Part shown: positions 58,718 through 64,000 of the stretch, piece after piece
Numbering within the stretch: position 1 is the first letter of the stretch
Layout: each line of letters opens with the position of its first letter
DNA from: Mobula hypostoma
Lineage: Eukaryota
NCBI RefSeq assembly: GCF_963921235.1
Contig: NC_086097.1
Span: 27,344,001-27,408,000, forward strand
Direction: 5' to 3'
DNA length: 64,000 bases
The notes under the pieces: model-generated
Told to the model about the DNA's origin: nothing
Seen by the model: the letters and a program-made list of their open reading frames with translations, nothing else
Databases searched by the model: none
Position numbers and translations under genes: made by a program

Positions 58718-61700
58718 CAGAATAGTACAGCACAGTACAGGGCCTTCGGCCCACAATGTTGTGCCGACCCTCAAACCCTGCCTCCCATATAAGCCCCCAC
58801 CTTAAATTCCCCCATATACCTGTCTAGTAGTCACTTAAACTTCACTAGTGTATCTGCCTCCACCACTGACTCAGGCAGTGCATTCCACGCACCAACCACT
58901 CTCTGAGTAAAAAACCTTCCTCTAATATCCCCCTTGAACTTCCCACCGCTTACCTTAAAGCCATGTCCTCTTGTATTGAGCAGTGGTGCCCTGGGGAAGA
59001 GGCGCTGGCTATCCACTCTATCTATTCCTCTTATTATCTTGTACACCTCTATCATGTCTCCTCTCATCCTCCTTCTCTCCAAAGAGTAAAGCCCCAGCTC
59101 CCTTAATCTCTGATCATAATGCATACTTTCTAAACCAGGCAGCATCCTGGTAAATCTCCTCTGTACCCTTTCCAATGCTTCCACATCCTTCCTTTAGTGA
59201 GGTGACCAGAACTGGACACAGTTCTCCAAGTGTGGCCTAACCAGAGTTTTATAGAGCTGCATCATTACATCGCCACTCTGAAACTCTATCCCTTGACTTA
59301 TGAAAGCTAACACCCCATAAGCTTTCTTAACTACCCTATCCACCTATGAGGCAACTTTCAGGGATCTGTGGACATGTACCTTGAGATCCCTCTGCTCCTC
59401 CACACTACCAAGTATCCTGCCATTTACTTTGTACTCTGCCTTGGAGTTTGTCCTTCCAAAGTGTACCACCTCACACTTCTCCGGGTTGAACTCCATCTGC
59501 CACTTCTCAGCCCACTCCTGCATCCTATCAATGTCTCTCTGCAATCTTTGACAAACCTCTACACTAACTACAACACCACCAACCTTTGTGTCGTCTGCAG
59601 ACTTGCCAACTCACCCTTCTACCCCCACATCCAGGTCGTTAATAAAAATCACGAAAAGTAGAGGTCCCAGAACAGATCCTGGTGGGACACCACTAGTCAC
59701 AATCCTCCAATCTGAATGTACTCCCTCCACCACCACCCTCTGCCTTCTGCAGGCAAGCCAATTCTGAATCCACCTGGCCAAACTTCCCTGGATCCCATGC
59801 CTTCTGACTTTCTGAATAAGCCTACTGTATGGAACCTTGTCAAATGCTTTACAAAAATCCATATAGATCACATCCACTGCACTACCCTCATCTATATGCC
59901 TGGTCACCTCCTCAAAGAACTCTATCAGGCTTGTTAGACACGATCTGTCCTTCACAAAGCCATGCTGACTGTCCCTGATCAGACCATGATTCTCTAAATG
60001 CCTATAGATCCTATCTCTAAGGATCTTTTCCAACAGCTTTCCCACCACAGACGTAAGGCTCACTGGTCTATAATTACCCGGACTATCCCTACTACCTTTT
60101 TTGAACAAGGGGACAACATTCGCCTCCCTCTAATCCTCCGGTACTATTCCCGTGGACAATGAGGACAGAAAGATCTTAGACAGAGGCTCAGCAATCTCTT
60201 CTCTCACCTTGTGGAGCAGCCTGGGGAATATTCCGTCAGGCCCCGGGGACTTATCTGTCCTAATGTATTTTAACAACTCCAACACCTCCTCTCCCTTAAT
60301 ATCAACATGCTCCAGAACATCAACCTCACTCATATTGTCCTCACCATCATCAAGTTCCCTCTCATTGGTGAATACCGAAGAGAAGTATTCATTGAGGACC
60401 TCGCTCACTTCCACAGCCTCCAGGCACATCTTCCCACCTTTATCTCTAATCGGTCCTACCTTCACTCCTGTCATCCTTTTTTTCTTCATATAATTGAAGA
60501 ATGGCTTGGGGTTTTCGTTTATCCTACTCGCCAAGGCCTTCTCATGCCCCCTTCTTAAGCTCCTTTCTTGCTTCCTAAACCTCATGTATGCTGCCTTCTT
60601 CCACCTGACTAGATTTTCCACCTCACTTGTCACCCATGGTTCCTTCACCCTACCATTCTTTATCTTCCTCACCGGGACAAATTTATCCCTAACATCCCGC
60701 AAGAGATCTCTAAACATCGACCACATGTCCATAGTACATTTCCCTGCAAAAACATCATCCCAATTCACACCCGCAAGTTCTAGCCTTATAGCCTCATAAT
60801 TTGACTTTCCCCAATTAAAAATTTTCCTGTCCTCTCTGATTCTATCCTTTTCCATGATAATGCTAAAGGCCAGGAAGCGGTGGTCACTGTCCCCCAGATG
60901 CTCACCCACTGAGAGATCTGTGACCTGACCCGGTTCAAAGTCACCCAGTTAAAGTCACCCACGATAACAACCCTGTTATTTTTGCACCTTTCCAAAATCT
61001 GCCTCCCAATCTGCTCCTCTGTATCTCTGCTGCTACCAGGGGGCCTATAGAATACCCCCAATAGAGTAACTGCTCCCTTCCTGTTCCTGACTTCCACCCA
61101 TATTGACTCAAAAGAGGATCCTGCTACATTACCCACCCTTTCTGTAGCTGTAATAGTATCCCTGACCAGTAATGCCACCCCTCCTCCCCTTTTTCCGCCC
61201 TCTCTATCACTTTTAAAGCACTGAAATCCAGGCATATTGAGAATCTATTCCTGCCCTGGTGCCAGCCAAGTCTCTGTAATGGCCACTACATCATAATTCC
61301 ATGTATGAATCCAAGCTCTCAGTTCATCACCTTTGTTCCTGATGCTTCTTGCATTGAGGTACACACATTTCAGCCCTTCTACCTTACTGTCTTTACACTG
61401 TTTATTCTGCTTCTCTTTCCTCAAAGCCTCTCTGTATGTTAGATCTGGCTTTACTCCATGCACTTCTTTCAATGCTCTATTGCTCTGGGTCCCATCTCCC
61501 TCGCAAATTAGTTTAAACCCTCCTGAACCATGCTACCAAACCTACCTGCAAGGATATTGCTCCCCCTCGAGTTCAGGTGCAACTCATCCAATCTGTACAG
61601 GTCCCACCTTCCCCAGAAGAGATCCCAATGATCTAAAAATCTAAAACCCTGCTCCCTGCACCAACTCCTCAGCCACGCATTCAACTGCCATCTCCTCCAA

Positions 61701-62640
61701 TTCTTACCATCACTGTCATGTGGCACTGGCAGCAATCCTGAGAACGCCATCCTTGAGGTCCTGTTCTTCAGCCTTCTGCCTCGTTCCCAAAACTCACACT
61801 TCAGGATCTCATCCCTCTTCCTGCCTATGTCGTTGGTCCCAACATGTATCATGACTTCTGGTTGCTTTCCCTCTCATACCAGGATGTCGTGCACCCAGTC
61901 AGAGACGTCCCGGACCCTGGCACCTGGGAGGCAAACAAACCATGCGGGTGTCCTTCTCACGTCCACAAAATCTCCTGTCTGCTCCCCTGACTATAGAGTC
62001 TCCAATGACGACAGCTCTCCTTTTCTCCGTCCCACCCTTCTGCACCACAGGGTCAGACTCAAGTGCTGGAGGCCCTGCCACCGTGGCTCACACCTGGTCG
62101 GTTGTCCCCACCAACAGTATCCAGGACGGTAAACTTATTATTCAGGGGAATGGCTACAGGGGTGCTCTGCACTACCTGTCTGCTCACCTTCGCTTTCCCC
62201 CCCTCTGACTGTCACCCAACGACCTGCTTCCGACAGCCTAGGTGTGACTACCTCCCTGTAGCTCTCATCTATGACTGCCTCATTCTTCCTTATGAGTTGA
62301 AGGTCATCCAGCTGCTGCTCCAGATTCCTTACACGGTCTTCCAGATCGCCCAGCCGTATGCACTTCTGGCAGATGTGACTCTGCGGGAGAGGGGAGTTCC
62401 CCCAAGACTGCCACATCTCACATGAGAGGCACATCACCATCTCAGGAGACATTGTAAAAACTAACTGCGAGCTAGCTTGTCCTCTGCCTCTTCTCGTCGA
62501 AGCCTCTCGAGTCAAAGCCTCAAAGCTCCACTCCTTCACTGGCCCACTCACGCACTGGTCGCTTTGCTTGAGCTATCCCTCTATTTATCTGTTTGAGCTT
62601 TTCAAAATGTTTGGTCACCTGACCTCGAACATATCCACGC
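58718..62640 (-). mobile_element. Near full-length CR1 LINE (5' UTR, ORF1, ORF2, 3' UTR), inactivated
   Basis: ORF1 has a zinc-finger, coiled coil and esterase. ORF2 has [71 protein letters not shown], with stops, frameshifts and two internal deletions. Confidence 0.95.
61508..62452 (-). pseudogene. CR1 ORF1 (zinc finger/leucine zipper plus SGNH esterase), frameshifted
   Basis: MSPEMVMCLSCEMW..HICQKC..LEDRVRNLEQQLDDLQL; VIGDSIVRG; IHVGTNDIG; LDELHLN..EGLN*. Two frameshifts. Confidence 0.88.
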
Positions 62641-63519
62641 ATATGAACCTAAAAAAACAAGTTAGCCTGAGCCACAACCTTGACAGACATTGCAGCTTGG
62701 CACCATCTTCAGATTCAGATTTATTTAATTATCAAGTGTACAATGGAACATTCAATGAAATTTGTTGTTTGCATTAATAACCAATATGACGGTGTGCTGT
62801 GGACAGCCTAGAAGTCTCATCACAAATTCCGGCGCCAACGTAACATGCCTGCCATGCTCAGCAGAACAACACAGATCTCATTACTCTAGTACTTATCTAC
62901 CCTGGGAAAGAAAACTTTGCAGTGGGATTTTTCACATCACAAGTAACTGTCCATGTAAGGAAGCCAACAGCTACTGCACCTCCAGAAGAGGAACCTGGTC
63001 AACAGTCCATTTTATGTCTTCTGACTCAGGTATACTGCTTATTGAAATATTCGCTGAAGCAGTGTGATTACAACTGCAGAACTTTTTCAAGGGAGGCCTC
63101 TGTGATTCAGTAAGAGATTCCATTAAATTCATAAAGGGACAGTGCATGTAAAACCACCCTGCAGTACGGTCAACTCTGTTTATTGAACCTTCTATTACGG
63201 AAGAACAATAACAATTTCTTTGGAAGCTGTAGCTTCAGATCCTTGAAGAAATGAGCAATATTTACTCTTGGCTGTCTTCTGGGGGAGAAAAAAAGCTCCC
63301 AGCCAATTCCCAGATGTTCCAAGGATCAGCCCACTTTCCTCCCCTTTGAAATACAAACCAACCTAACACCTAATAAAACTCAAACCATTGAATTAATTCT
63401 TTCATTAAGACACTGAGAACAAGCAGGGGAGTGGAACTAATTAGAGCAACTCGCTCAAGGGATTGGCGTTGACTCAATAGGCCAAATGGCCTCCTGTGGT
63501 ATAAAGTATTATAAAAATG

Positions 63520-64000
63520 ATCTCTGAATTTACCTCACCAATGGCCCTTGCATTTTATTTGTCTTTTTGCACTGTATTTTTTCTGCGACTGTAGCACTCT
63601 ATTCTGCATTCTGTTTTTCTTTTTACTTCTTTGATGTACTGTGTTGGATGACATGAAAACAGAAGCTTTTTGCTATATCTCAATATATCTAAGCATCAAC
63701 TTTGTTTGCCATACACATTTACATGTGTTAGGAACTTACTGCGGTGCGTTGGTCAGGACACAACATGAAACAGAAAACAACAACGTTCAACAATTATAAA
63801 GAATAAAGAATGATAAAGACATTACAGATTACAGTACGGGTATGAATTAAAATGTGCATAAATATGTAAATACCAATGCATTTACAATTCTAACAGCATT
63901 ATAAAAAGTGGTGTACAGTGTTTCCAGTGCAGTAGTGACTGAGGTAGTACGGGGACTGGGGGTGGCTAACCAGAATGGTTGATCAGATTTACTGCCTGGG
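63520..64000. mobile_element. LINE 3' tails (Rex1/L2-type): + at ~63520-63690 and - from ~63690 to the window end
   Basis: The + part is the inverse of 40330-40460; the - part begins with a tttgtttgccatacac tail. Confidence 0.5.

Noticed and set aside
62762..63113. 101-aa and 63-aa ORFs at the window end as host exons
   Set aside because: They start in a SINE-type tail and have no recognisable domain or clear splice signals.

Overview
This is eukaryotic DNA made up mostly of interspersed repeats. The repeat set (HE1/V-SINE-type SINEs, several CR1 families, DeuSINE remnants) suggests a cartilaginous fish, probably a ray; that assignment is inference. I found no recognisable host protein-coding gene, rRNA, tRNA gene or CRISPR array, so the window reads as a large intron or intergenic region. 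It holds nested CR1 LINEs, including one near full-length copy with an esterase ORF1 and one young copy with an unbroken 559-aa RT ORF. It also holds Rex1/Babar-type LINEs (one with a 572-aa ORF), two clades of Penelope-like elements (Neptune-like and Poseidon-like), a split non-autonomous Tc1 transposon and many tRNA-derived SINEs. The most interesting signals are: (i) minimal hammerhead-ribozyme motifs in the terminal repeats of both Penelope families, plus short fold-back derivatives that turn around at the hammerhead; (ii) a young CpG-rich tRNA-headed SINE with poly(A) and a 14-bp TSD, which shares a covarying stem-loop with a neighbouring RTE-derived element; (iii) LINE insertions accompanied by target deletions; (iv) several template-switch scars; (v) RFX X-box-like motifs in the few unique islands. 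None of these is a proven new system. Family names come from motif recognition without database searches, and repeat boundaries are approximate.
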